From a virus, in the IMG/VR virus record IMGVR_UViG_3300035662_003140: 37,615 nt of DNA; one strand, given 5' to 3'. Under the pieces are notes generated by a model, which was not told the origin of the DNA, did not search any database, and saw only the letters and a list, made by a program, of their open reading frames with translations. Below are positions 26,092-35,500 of this stretch, piece after piece. Both the position numbers and the translations under genes were made by a program. Numbering within the stretch: the first letter of the stretch is position 1; the number at the start of each line of letters is the position of its first letter.

Positions 26092-26283
26092 TTATTTAGA
26101 TAATAGTATACCTATGGTCACAGCGTGTAGCGAAAAATATACTAAGTTTAAAATTAAAGCTTTAAAAGAATTTTTATTGATGTGCCAATGCATTTTGTGG
26201 TGGCCGTGGTCAGGATTAACGCCATCACCATTGCTGCAAGGTTGGTCGTTATGTACGTGATGTTCTTTATTAGTGCAGTTCAT
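26092..26283 (-). CDS. Small His/Cys-rich protein with one TM helix (63 aa)
   Basis: 'NCTNKEHHVHNDQPCSNGDGVNPDHGHHKMHWHINK' followed by 'ALILNLVYFSLHAVTIGILL'. Confidence 0.5.
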   Translation of the reverse strand: MNCTNKEHHVHNDQPCSNGDGVNPDHGHHKMHWHINKNSFKALILNLVYFSLHAVTIGILLSK

Positions 26284-26528
26284 TAGCTCTTCTTGTTACT
26301 CGCTTTTGTATCATTAAGTTGTCCGGTTAAATGATCATGGATATGAGTGTCTAATTTATCCTCTATGCTTGCAACGTCTTCGTCAATATTGTTTATACTC
26401 ACAAGAAGGTTATCAAGTTTATCTTTAACAAAACCATGATCTTTGACGTTTTCTCGACGCCCTTTTTCTACCATAATTGTTAGAAGCCCAAAAGCTCCAG
26501 TAACGATTGCAGCTATAACAAGTTCCAT
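26283..26528 (-). CDS. Small membrane protein, one TM plus coiled coil (holin/XhlA-like topology)
   Basis: 'MELVIAAIVTGAFGLLTIMVEKGRR...VKDKLDNLLVSINNIDEDVASIEDKLDTHI'. Confidence 0.5.
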   Translation of the reverse strand: MELVIAAIVTGAFGLLTIMVEKGRRENVKDHGFVKDKLDNLLVSINNIDEDVASIEDKLDTHIHDHLTGQLNDTKASNKKS

Positions 26529-26609
26529 TAGTTACCACCCTATGCTTTTGGTTATTTTAGCGTTAAGGTACATAGTAACACTATAAAACAATAACCTAGA
26601 AGAATAATA

Positions 26610-26897
26610 TTACTTTTTTGTATTATTCTTTTTTGGTGCTGGCTTTTTTGCTACTGGCTTCTTAGCTGCTGGCTTCTTAGTCTTTTTTACTTTGTCGACT
26701 TCGTTATTTACTTGCTTCTTTACTTCTTCAACAGAATTGTCTACAGCAATTGCTACCTTTTCTGCTTCTTCAACAACCTCTTTGACGACTACGTTAACCG
26801 AAGACTTGATGCTTTCGCTAGGAATAGAATCAATCAACTTCTTAACATCTTTGCCGGCCATAAGCGCCTTAAGTCTAAGAACTAATTTTTTGAACAT
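26610..26897 (-). CDS. Histone H1-like / Lys-Ala-Pro-rich C-terminal-tail protein
   Basis: C-terminal 'KKTKKPAAKKPVAKKPAPKKNNTKK' repeats after an amphipathic Val/Glu-rich segment. Confidence 0.6.
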   Translation of the reverse strand: MFKKLVLRLKALMAGKDVKKLIDSIPSESIKSSVNVVVKEVVEEAEKVAIAVDNSVEEVKKQVNNEVDKVKKTKKPAAKKPVAKKPAPKKNNTKK

Positions 26898-26968
26898 GTT
26901 TTTACCTTTTCTTTAAAGTTTAAGTGGATTATCAGTATATACTATAGTAGCCAAATAAGTCAAATTGC

Positions 26969-27289
26969 TTACTTGTTTTGTTGCGATTCCTTGATTAAAG
27001 AATATCTTTCGCTAGTTTCCTTTGAAACCAAGGAGAAAGCATAGGCAGCAGCTTCCTGGACTGCCAGTCTAAGGCCTTCCTTGTCCTCTAGGGATACACC
27101 ATTTAGGGGCAAAGTTACCCCAGCATAGATATCAATATTTTCAAAGTTACCTATATTGACTTTTCTATTGACCCCACATATAAATATTGGGTTGGACGAT
27201 ATAGATATCTCAGCAGCGTTTATCGATACGATGTTGTCTATCGGTGAGTCTGAAGACTGTTCTTGTGCGGTCTTTGTTATTTTAGGCAT
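26969..27289 (-). CDS. Hypothetical protein (106 aa)
   Basis: Intact ORF overlapping the next gene by 8 bp. Confidence 0.65.
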   Translation of the reverse strand: MPKITKTAQEQSSDSPIDNIVSINAAEISISSNPIFICGVNRKVNIGNFENIDIYAGVTLPLNGVSLEDKEGLRLAVQEAAAYAFSLVSKETSERYSLIKESQQNK

Positions 27290-28070
27290 TGCTTTTCTCC
27301 TGTAACCCTAGTAATTTTAATGTTGCTTCTGTTTGTTCTTCTATGTCCATGTTGTCTGTTTCTATGACAAAAGACGCTATGTCTTTTACCTTGTCTAAAA
27401 ACAGCTCACTTGAATGTGAACTTTGTTCCGTAGTAGATAGTCTACCATCTCTTTTGAGTAAACGGTTGTTCAATGTTTCTTCTGTTGCAGAATAATATAT
27501 TACAATACCGTTAGGCATCTTGAGAATTGATTTTGCTTCGTTTTCGTATCTAACATCTGATATTATAACACAGAAAGGATTTTCTTCTGCGTCTTCATCT
27601 AGTGAAGATACGTATTTTCTATAAAGATTCATTGTCTTATGTATTGCCCAGTGGCAGAAGCAGTCTTCGTAACCATCTCTACAAATATCTCCAGCTTTTT
27701 GCAAGAAAGATCTTGGCTTAACGCCTTCTGGTTCTATATTTAGTTCGTATATTTGGTTGACTTTTTCTATTAATAAATCGTAATCCGGTATGATGCCAAT
27801 AGAAGATCTTCCGTATATCTCATAGAGAGTATCGTGAAGCGCGTACTTCTTTCTTGAGTCAGCATTTAAACCTTGTATGTTTTTCTTGGAGGAAGCCATC
27901 TCGTATAATGGAAGGGCGTAAAATATATGGTCCCACTTCATACCGTACCTAAGGACTTCAAAGCCAGCTTTAGGAACTATCGATTCTGCTACAGAGGTCT
28001 TGCCGCTACCAGCTCTACCAGCTAAACCTATAACAATAGGTTGTTGTTTTTTAAATGTTGTTTTTTCCAT
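27282..28070 (-). CDS. Deoxynucleotide monophosphate kinase-like P-loop protein
   Basis: 'PIVIGLAGRAGSGKTSVAESI' Walker A, 'SFLQKAGDICRDGYEDCFCHW', 'VIISDVRYENEA'; start taken as ATG 28070 (MEKTTFKK). Confidence 0.82.
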   Translation of the reverse strand: MEKTTFKKQQPIVIGLAGRAGSGKTSVAESIVPKAGFEVLRYGMKWDHIFYALPLYEMASSKKNIQGLNADSRKKYALHDTLYEIYGRSSIGIIPDYDLLIEKVNQIYELNIEPEGVKPRSFLQKAGDICRDGYEDCFCHWAIHKTMNLYRKYVSSLDEDAEENPFCVIISDVRYENEAKSILKMPNGIVIYYSATEETLNNRLLKRDGRLSTTEQSSHSSELFLDKVKDIASFVIETDNMDIEEQTEATLKLLGLQEKSNA

Positions 28071-28083
28071 GTGGTATATTATA

Positions 28084-28518
28084 TCACGCTTTCTGGTAAG
28101 ATGACATTCTTTTTTCAAGTTGATCTAAAAATTGGTTGCATAGTTGGTCAGGTTCCCAGACTATATTTCTGCTAACTTGAACAACCCTAAAATTAAACTC
28201 TTGCTTAACATCTTCTATAGTCATCAGTAAAGGGAGCAGCGCCTTATTCTTGCATTTCCATTTTCCATTTATGTGGTTTGCCACTACAGCAGAATCAGTA
28301 TATATGATTGGGTCTAGAAACCCAGACATACTACAAACAAGTAAACCGGCAATTACGGCCTCGTATTCTGCCTCATTATTACTTCTAGACCCAAGCCCCC
28401 TTGCAAACTGAGCCACTTTTTTTCTATTCTTATATACGACAGTAGCGCAAGACGCTTCTCCTATCTTTTTTTGTCCTTGCCCCCTTGAAGCTCCATCACA
28501 AAAAACCTCTATATGCAT
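28084..28518 (-). CDS. rnhA: Ribonuclease HI
   Basis: 'EVFCDGASRGQG', 'SNNEAEYEAVIAGLLV', 'IYTDSAVVANHINGKWKCKN'. Confidence 0.88.
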   Translation of the reverse strand: MHIEVFCDGASRGQGQKKIGEASCATVVYKNRKKVAQFARGLGSRSNNEAEYEAVIAGLLVCSMSGFLDPIIYTDSAVVANHINGKWKCKNKALLPLLMTIEDVKQEFNFRVVQVSRNIVWEPDQLCNQFLDQLEKRMSSYQKA

Positions 28519-28522
28519 GTGC

Positions 28523-28747
28523 CTACTGCAACTCTACGTAACATTCTATGTTTCTTTCTTTTGCTACTTCAACAAGCTTCTTCTCCTGTTTTGTAGTAGT
28601 TATTATCATCGTTGCAAATAATAAATAATTCTTTGACTTATACCTTACCTGTGTTGGGTAGTCTAAAGACTTTCTTGTTTCGGAATAAAATTCTTCCGGT
28701 GTTTCTACGCACTTATAGTGGGCTATGTACTTGACTGCCATTACCAT
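28523..28747 (-). CDS. Small hypothetical protein (74 aa)
   Basis: Intact ORF tightly packed between neighbours. Confidence 0.6.
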   Translation of the reverse strand: MVMAVKYIAHYKCVETPEEFYSETRKSLDYPTQVRYKSKNYLLFATMIITTTKQEKKLVEVAKERNIECYVELQ

Positions 28748-29256
28748 TGGGTATACTCACTTTCGGAATGCATTCCTTTGTCTTCTCTTGCTGAAGCTAT
28801 TTGCATTGATTGAACCTTGTCCATTAATTTTCTAGCCGACTCAGAAGCTATTCTAGAAGAAGTCTCCATCGACTCTGCTAAGTTGACTATAGCTTCTGCA
28901 GTCACCATAGCCTCGTATTCGCCTTCTGCTGCAGTCAGCGCTGATGCTTCTCTTTCGGCTTCGTTCTTGCCGTTTCTATTCTTCTTGTAGATTCTTTTAT
29001 ACCTACCTTCTACTATCTTATAATGGGCTCTAGCCATACCAGCAAATCTAGCTGCTCTACCAAAGGCGTTGGAAGTTTTAGCTACAAGATTAGCTAGGTC
29101 ATGGATACCTAAATCTACATTATCCATATCTGGTATTTCAATAAAATACTTTTTATAGTTTTCACCCGCAGCGTAAGCATTTAGCACCTCTGTTATCTGA
29201 GGGCTTAAAAAATCGCTAAGTAAGCGGTGTAGCGTTTGTAGATTTTGATCTTCCAA
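28741..29256 (-). CDS. Hypothetical protein (171 aa), helical/charged
   Basis: Intact ORF with coding-like composition. Confidence 0.65.
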   Translation of the reverse strand: MEDQNLQTLHRLLSDFLSPQITEVLNAYAAGENYKKYFIEIPDMDNVDLGIHDLANLVAKTSNAFGRAARFAGMARAHYKIVEGRYKRIYKKNRNGKNEAEREASALTAAEGEYEAMVTAEAIVNLAESMETSSRIASESARKLMDKVQSMQIASAREDKGMHSESEYTQW

Positions 29257-29260
29257 TTTT

Positions 29261-30110
29261 TTATTCCTTTACGAATTTGAAAAGATCCTCTAGATTTGAG
29301 GATGCTATTATTGATTTAATTTTATCTCTTATATCTTTTAAGTGTTCTCTAACTGTGTTAGGATGCTCTGTTATTCTTTCTGCTATCTCCGAAGATTTCT
29401 TTCCATCAACAAACCTCCATTTTAGCAGCTGTCTCTCTTGAATGGATAGCTGGTTGAAAGGTTCTGCCGCAGTAGTCCCAAGAACCCACATCTCATCTAT
29501 TGATTCAACACATAACAGCTTTGCTAGATCGTACTCTACTGGTGGAGCCTTGAACCCTACTTGTTGTTCGCCGTCTTCTGGTTCGTAATCATCATCTGTT
29601 ATAAGCGGAAATGTTTTTCTTCCTAGTTGATCTATTAAGAATGTGTCAACATTTTTCTTCAATAAGTAGAAGAAATAACTATAAAGGAATGCGCTAAATG
29701 GTATAGGCCCTTTCTCGGAGTCTTTCCTTTGATACCTGCCTATGCACTGAAAGAACGTCATGTCGACAGTCTGCCTGATGTCTTCTTCGTCCCCGTACCT
29801 TTTTGCCATGTAGGTTATTCCCCTCATCGCTTCATTAACTATCTTCAAAGCAGAAGGGTTCATCTTGTTCCTTACCAAGGCTAGCCTTGCGTAATTGTCT
29901 TTTATAAAAAGAGCTATGAACCTTCTTATGTCATAATCTGCTAGGTTGTACTTTCCGGTAGTACAGCATTGTAGAATACTTTGTCAAAAAGTTATTGAAA
30001 ACTTTTATCAATTCATTTTGAGCGGACATGTTTCCATCTTTTGCTTTTTGAATCAAGTCCTGCATTTCGTTTTCTTCTAAGGTGTAATACTGTTCCTTAT
30101 ATGCCGCCAT
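29261..30110 (-). CDS. Phage RNA polymerase sigma factor (region 2-like plus region 4 HTH), apparently interrupted by a +1 shift near 29957
   Basis: 29261..29878 ORF ends with 'LSIQERQLLKWRFVDGKKSSEIAERITEHPNTVREHLKDI'; upstream frame MAAYKEQYYTLEENEMQDLIQKAKDGNMSAQNELIKVFNNFLTKYSTMLYY (ORF 29931..30110) joins GKYNLADYDIRRFIALFIKDNYARLALVRNKMNPSALK if one base is skipped. Confidence 0.68.
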
Positions 30111-30111
30111 T

Positions 30112-30678
30112 TTATTTGCCTTCCCATTTGTATATTAATTCAAAGTAATAATCCCTGATATCTTCATAGAAAATTACATTAGGTACTTCTAGGTCTTCGA
30201 CAAACTTTTTGGCTTCATTTGAATACCTGCTTATGATCATCGTGAACTTACTAAACTCTTCTGGATAATACCTTTTAAATCTTTTAATTTTTATTTTACT
30301 TTTTTCATCTAGATAACCTTTTATCTCAATCCATTCTTGAGTTTTATTAAAATAAAAATCAGGAGTATAAGATTTAGTTCCCCTTTTAATCGGGTATGTA
30401 AAAACTTTTGGTTCAAATTCAAAATCTATTTTATATATGAGAGCAAGCCTTGCAAAGTTTGCTTCCCAATTAGACCTTACGTTTATTCCTATGTCTTCTC
30501 TGTATCCAGTTTTTGTGTACCTGTACAAGTTGCCTTTGCCGCCTTTGGGTGATACACTATCCTCTTGCGGTATATTTTTATTTAAATATTTCTTAGCAGC
30601 GGCTTTAAAATTCGGATGTTTTGATTGAAAAGATTTTTCCAAAAAAAACTCGTCTGGCTTGACAACTGTGATGCTCAT
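30112..30678 (-). CDS. Endonuclease of PD-(D/E)XK / T7-endonuclease-I-like type
   Basis: 'FEPKVFTYPIKRGTKSYTPDFYFNKTQEWIEIKGYLDEKSKIKIKRFKRYYPE' (PDF...EIKG catalytic signature). Confidence 0.75.
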   Translation of the reverse strand: MSITVVKPDEFFLEKSFQSKHPNFKAAAKKYLNKNIPQEDSVSPKGGKGNLYRYTKTGYREDIGINVRSNWEANFARLALIYKIDFEFEPKVFTYPIKRGTKSYTPDFYFNKTQEWIEIKGYLDEKSKIKIKRFKRYYPEEFSKFTMIISRYSNEAKKFVEDLEVPNVIFYEDIRDYYFELIYKWEGK

Positions 30679-30765
30679 GAGATATCCTTACTGCTTGTTA
30701 GTTATACCTATTATATAATACTTTTAAATAAAATACAAGTTAACCACTCAGAATAGGAAAATAAG

Positions 30766-30942
30766 ATGACAACATTAAACTTACTAGTTAATAATTTTGT
30801 AGCTGATATGCAGAGCTCGGCAGTTAAGACTCTCGAACTGCTTGGTTACAGCACAGATGATGCAATCAAGGTAGTTATCGAAAGCGACAATGGCGTTGAC
30901 CTTGTAGCTGATTCAGTTAACAACGCAACTTACAGTATCTAA
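30766..30942 (+). CDS. Small + strand protein (58 aa) in an otherwise - strand block
   Basis: ATG..TAA ORF MTTLNLLVNNFVADMQSSAVKTLELLGYSTDDAIKVVIESDNGVDLVADSVNNATYSI followed by a strong terminator. Confidence 0.65.
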   Translation: MTTLNLLVNNFVADMQSSAVKTLELLGYSTDDAIKVVIESDNGVDLVADSVNNATYSI

Positions 30943-30961
30943 TTTAAATTAATTAGACAAC

Positions 30962-31768
30962 TTAGCCCAGGGCCTTTCGGCTCTGGGCTTTTTTGTTGCG
31001 CATAACTCCGGTTGCACAAGCACCGGACTTTGCATGGTCGCAGAAAGAACAGACTCTTTCATTGGACGTAGTAGGGAAGCTGATGTCATTCCTAATCTTA
31101 TTACCCTGTTCGATCAAGTTATCGTAGGCAGATTGGATGTCCTCGTCAGTAAACAAATGGCCCTTGCGCTTACCTGATCTTAGGTAATAAAGCTCCGCAT
31201 AGATCTGCTTGTCAGGATAGGCTAGCTTGGCTGCCAGAGCGTATATACCGAGCTGTAGGTTGTCTTTAATGGATTTTTGCGATACTTCCCACTTACCGGT
31301 TTTATAATCTATAATCTCGATTCTGTCGTCGTATTCATCGACTCTATCTATGAAACCATTAACATTAAATGGACCTACAATAAAGTTAAAACCCATTTCT
31401 TTATGTTTAATATGTAGGGTCTCACCGGAATGTCTATCGTAGAATTCGTTTAATATCTCTTTGCCAACTGATATAAGCTCAGAGTTAATAATAGAATTAG
31501 GATCCCACTCAGACTTCTTTTGTTCATAAGAATTAAAAAGACTCTCTATGTCTAGGTCTTTTTCGTTGGAAAGATTATCCTCTAACACGGAGTGAACTAT
31601 ATTGCCTAGTACGGCTGCCTCTCCAAATAGTCTAGGTTCTTTTTGTATGTAGCCATAAAAGTATTTTGCTGGGCACATTTTGTAAGTGTCAATCCTAGAA
31701 TACGACAAGTCCATCAAGGACATTCTTTCCAAGTCAGAAAGATCTGCTACCGATTTAATGTTTATCAT
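30962..31768 (-). CDS. PD-(D/E)XK nuclease, Cas4/RecB-like
   Basis: 'LSYSRIDTYKMCPAKYFYGYI', 'ILGNIVHSVLEDNL', 'FIDRVDEYDDRIEIIDYKTGK', C-terminal Cys cluster 'CSFCDHAKSGAC'. Confidence 0.88.
   Translation of the reverse strand: MINIKSVADLSDLERMSLMDLSYSRIDTYKMCPAKYFYGYIQKEPRLFGEAAVLGNIVHSVLEDNLSNEKDLDIESLFNSYEQKKSEWDPNSIINSELISVGKEILNEFYDRHSGETLHIKHKEMGFNFIVGPFNVNGFIDRVDEYDDRIEIIDYKTGKWEVSQKSIKDNLQLGIYALAAKLAYPDKQIYAELYYLRSGKRKGHLFTDEDIQSAYDNLIEQGNKIRNDISFPTTSNERVCSFCDHAKSGACATGVMRNKKAQSRKALG
30964..30995 (+). terminator. Rho-independent terminator
   Basis: AGCCCAGGGCC-TTTC-GGCTCTGGGCT followed by TTTTT; 11-bp stem with one G-U pair, 22 nt after the + strand stop. Confidence 0.9.
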
Positions 31769-31936
31769 TTATTCCTTTAGATTGTCAGGGGAGAATATTA
31801 AAGTTCCATGTTCATCGAATTCTCTTCCGAGGTCATCGATATAATGATTGTTGTAAATGTTTCTATAAGACCCGTTTGGCATTGGGACCCAGCCAGTATC
31901 GCCCAGCTCCATTTCGTCATAGTTTTCTTTCTTCAT
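31769..31936 (-). CDS. Small hypothetical protein (55 aa)
   Basis: ORF MKKENYDEMELGDTGWVPMPNGSYRNIYNNHYIDDLGREFDEHGTLIFSPDNLKE exactly fills the gap between the 30962..31768 and 31937..32170 genes; below the supplied track's length cutoff. Confidence 0.75.
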   Translation of the reverse strand: MKKENYDEMELGDTGWVPMPNGSYRNIYNNHYIDDLGREFDEHGTLIFSPDNLKE

Positions 31937-32170
31937 CTATTGTTCCTCTTCTTCATCTACAGAGTTAGTTTGGATAACACAATTCATTATAGACTCCATA
32001 TTAAACCAATAGTTAAGCACTCCGTATAAGTGCTCGAGTTCTTCTTTTGTTGCGTTAAAACCTGCTGCACCAGATTGAATAAAAAACAAAGGCTTTTCTT
32101 CGTCTATTGATTCGTACTCTACAAGGACAACGTTGCCCATGTGCATTCTGCCTACTTCTGCTCTTAACAT
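31937..32170 (-). CDS. Small hypothetical protein (77 aa)
   Basis: Intact tightly packed ORF. Confidence 0.65.
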   Translation of the reverse strand: MLRAEVGRMHMGNVVLVEYESIDEEKPLFFIQSGAAGFNATKEELEHLYGVLNYWFNMESIMNCVIQTNSVDEEEEQ

Positions 32171-32173
32171 AAA

Positions 32174-32539
32174 TTAGTCTCCAACTATTGTTATAGGGTT
32201 CCAGTTTGGATCGCCCATTTTATTTCTCATGTCATTAACGTAAGAGTCCCAATCTCTTTCGTCTTCTGATTTCTTCTCTATCTTCACGGTGCCTGCATAC
32301 GGGTTTGATTTAAATCTAGTTATGACTATTCGACCCTGCTGGGTTTTCCATCTTAGTATCCCGTTTCTGCAATCACAATAGTCATCCTGACATGGCTCTA
32401 TCATCCCTTGCGGATCATATCTTCCACTGCATCCGTTACACTTTGTGTAACGTTCTTTGTTCTCGCATCTGCCACAAGAATGACAATACTTCCAACAATC
32501 TTTTTCTGTTGGATTTTGAAAACTGCCTATCGCTGCCAT
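32174..32539 (-). CDS. Cys-rich zinc-binding-like protein
   Basis: 'CWKYCHSCGRCENKERYTKCNGCSGRYDPQGMIEPCQDDYCDC'. Confidence 0.65.
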   Translation of the reverse strand: MAAIGSFQNPTEKDCWKYCHSCGRCENKERYTKCNGCSGRYDPQGMIEPCQDDYCDCRNGILRWKTQQGRIVITRFKSNPYAGTVKIEKKSEDERDWDSYVNDMRNKMGDPNWNPITIVGD

Positions 32540-32550
32540 AACTCTCCTAT

Positions 32551-35500
32551 TTATAGTATGATTGTGTCAAGTAAGGCTTCTGCTTTTCTGTTTGTTGTTT
32601 TGTTAAAACGATAAACAAAAGTCCCTAAATTATTGTTTACCTTAAGATAAACCTGTTTATTACCATTGTGCGCATTTATTATATCACAAATCTGTTGTAT
32701 CTTTTCTGAGTTTAAAGTATCTATTTCCAAATAGATAGCCTTACCGCTAAACAATGTAGCATGGTCTATCTTTTCTATGTTAGAAAGGAAAACTCTATAG
32801 CTTGAATTCTCATCATCGGTTTCTCTATTCAGAGTTCCAGATATGTAAACTATTTCACCTGCTTTAAAAAAATCATCTGAATAGTTTTTAGCGTCCTTAG
32901 GAAAGACTATTATTTCTAACTCACCAGTTGGATCCTCAATGTTAAACTTAAACATTCTTGCACCTTTTTTGGTTATTATTTTTTTAGATGCAGTGATGAT
33001 TCCTCCGACCTTAAGGTAGCTATTAGTCGCACACTCTGGTATCTGGATAAGCTCAACATCAATGTTTGGTTTCATCTTGTCCCAAGTCCCCTCTAGGGGG
33101 TGCTTTGTAACGTAGATACCTAGCTCTTCTTTTTCTTTTTCTAAAATAGAAAGTTCAACTGATCTATTTAAGTCTTCATCTTCCATTTCTGGTATCAATT
33201 CGTCTAGTGCCCCAGCGTAAGACAGGTGCTCTAAAGTAGATTTTTTTAGCACGGTTGGATCACATCTTCTAAAAAAGTCATACATACTAGAGTATGGTTT
33301 TTCGGTATCTCTTTTTAGTATTATGGACTCTGCTATCGAAGCACCGATGCCGCTTACTGAACCCAAACCAAACAAGATGTTATTATCATCTTCAACTTCA
33401 AAGTCTATGCCAGATTTGTTGATCGATGGAGGAAGAACATTTATATTCAACTTCCTACAATCGTTTAGATACAAGAATAGTTTTTCTTTATTGCCAGCCA
33501 CTGAAGTTATTAAAGCTGCCATGTACTCAGCAGTGTAATGAGTTTTTAAGTATGCGGTCACATAAGATATCATTGCGTAACTTGCTGCGTGAGCTCTGTT
33601 GAAACCGTATCCACCGAAGAACTCAATGTCAGAAAATATTTTATCTGCAATTGACTTTGTCAAACCTGAGTTCTCAATGCAGCCTGTAACAAAACTTTTT
33701 CTTATTTTTGCTATCTTGTCCATCTGCTTCTTACCGATTACTTTTCTTAAGTCATCGGCTTCGCTAGCAGAAAAGCCAGCAAGGCTTCGCGCTACTGCTA
33801 AGACATCTTCCTGATAAAGCATGATGCCTAAAGAGGAACCTAATGCATCCTCCATCTTTTCATGTACATAAGATATCTTTGCCTTACCATTTTTTCTATC
33901 TATGTAAAGCTTATCCATACCGGATCCCATTGGGCCTGGTCTATAAAGTGATATCAAAGCCATAATGTCTTGGATTGATCTTGGCTGCATTTGTATCATC
34001 AGCTCGCGCATACCTGCAGACTCTAACTGAAAAACACCCATAGCGTTACCTTTGCACAGTTCCTTATAGGTATTCTCATCGTCTAAAGGTAGGTCATCAA
34101 GTATTATCTTTTGACCTGTTCTTTTCTCTACAGTTTTTATGCACTGATCTATAACGCCAAGGTTTCTTAAACCAAGAAAGTCTATTTTTAATAGCCCACA
34201 TTGTTCTACTCTGCCCATGTCCCACTGCGTAACTAATGGGTTGTCAGCTCCCTTTTTCATAACTGGAAGATACTCTATTAATGGCTCTTTGGATATAACA
34301 ATACCTGCAGCGTGGATGCCAGTCTGTCGGACCACGCCCTCTAAACCAAATGCCGTGTCTATAATCAGCTTGCTATTTTCTTCTGTGCTATAAGCTGCGC
34401 TAAATTCGGTAACCTGCATACAGTCGTTCAAGTTTTTTGAAACACCCAACACCGGCGGAGGTACTAGCTTTGCTATTCTGTCTCCGCTTGCATAGTCAAG
34501 ACCAAGAGCTCTAGCTGCATCTCTAATGGATTGCTTTGCACCTGTTCTATTGAATGTGCAAATATGGGCTACTTTATCTTCACCATATTTTTGTCTTGCA
34601 TACTCGATAACTTTGTCTCTGTGTCTATCGTCAAAGTCCAAGTCAATGTCGGGCATTGACTTTCTTCCCTCTACAAGGAATCTTTCAAACAATAGACCAA
34701 ACTTAATCGGGTCTAAGTTAGTTATACCAAAAGCATAGGAGAGAATACTTCCCGCTGCTGAACCTCTTCCCCAGCCAACCGTTATATCATTAGACTTAGC
34801 CCAGCGCACAAGGTCGGAAACAACCAAAAAGTATTCTGGGAAACCCATTTCTTTTACTACTCTTATTTCATGCTGTGCTCTATCAATGATATTTTGTGGT
34901 AAGTTTTGTCCATACTTTTCTCTTAGGCCATCCCATGCTAATCTTTCAAAGTATTCTGTAGAGCTTTCTTTTGTGGGTATTGGAAAATTAGGAAAATGTA
35001 TATCACCAAAATCTAACTTAAGGTCTATCATGTCATAGACATGCATAGTATTTTTTAGTTGGTCTTCAGAAAATACAGAAGCCATTTCATCATAAGATTG
35101 TAGATAAAAATGATCACCAGAAAAAGAAAATCTATCTGGGGTATGTATGTTTGAGTTAGTGGCAACACATAACATTATGTCGTGAGCATGCGCGTCACGT
35201 TGATGAACGTAGTGACAGTCACCAGATGGGATAATCTTTGCGCCTATATGATTAGCTACCTTAATCAAATCTGGTATGATCGCAAGCTGCTCTGCTATGC
35301 CATGGTTTTGAATTTCGATAAAATAGTTTTCTTTGCCCACAATCTGCTGCATCTTAGCTGCGTGGTTCAAGGCTGTTTTATAATCTTTTCTTAAAAGAGC
35401 CTGCGAAACTTCTCCGTTGAGACAACCAGATAGAACTATTATTCCTTCAGAGTGTTGTGATATTAAATCATGGTCCACTCTTGGCTTTACATAGTATCCT

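Noticed and set aside
33323-35394. Several + strand ORFs (33323..33538, 33599..33814, 34526..34738, 35182..35394) inside dnaE
   Set aside because: Antisense to a highly conserved DNA polymerase gene; no recognisable motifs.
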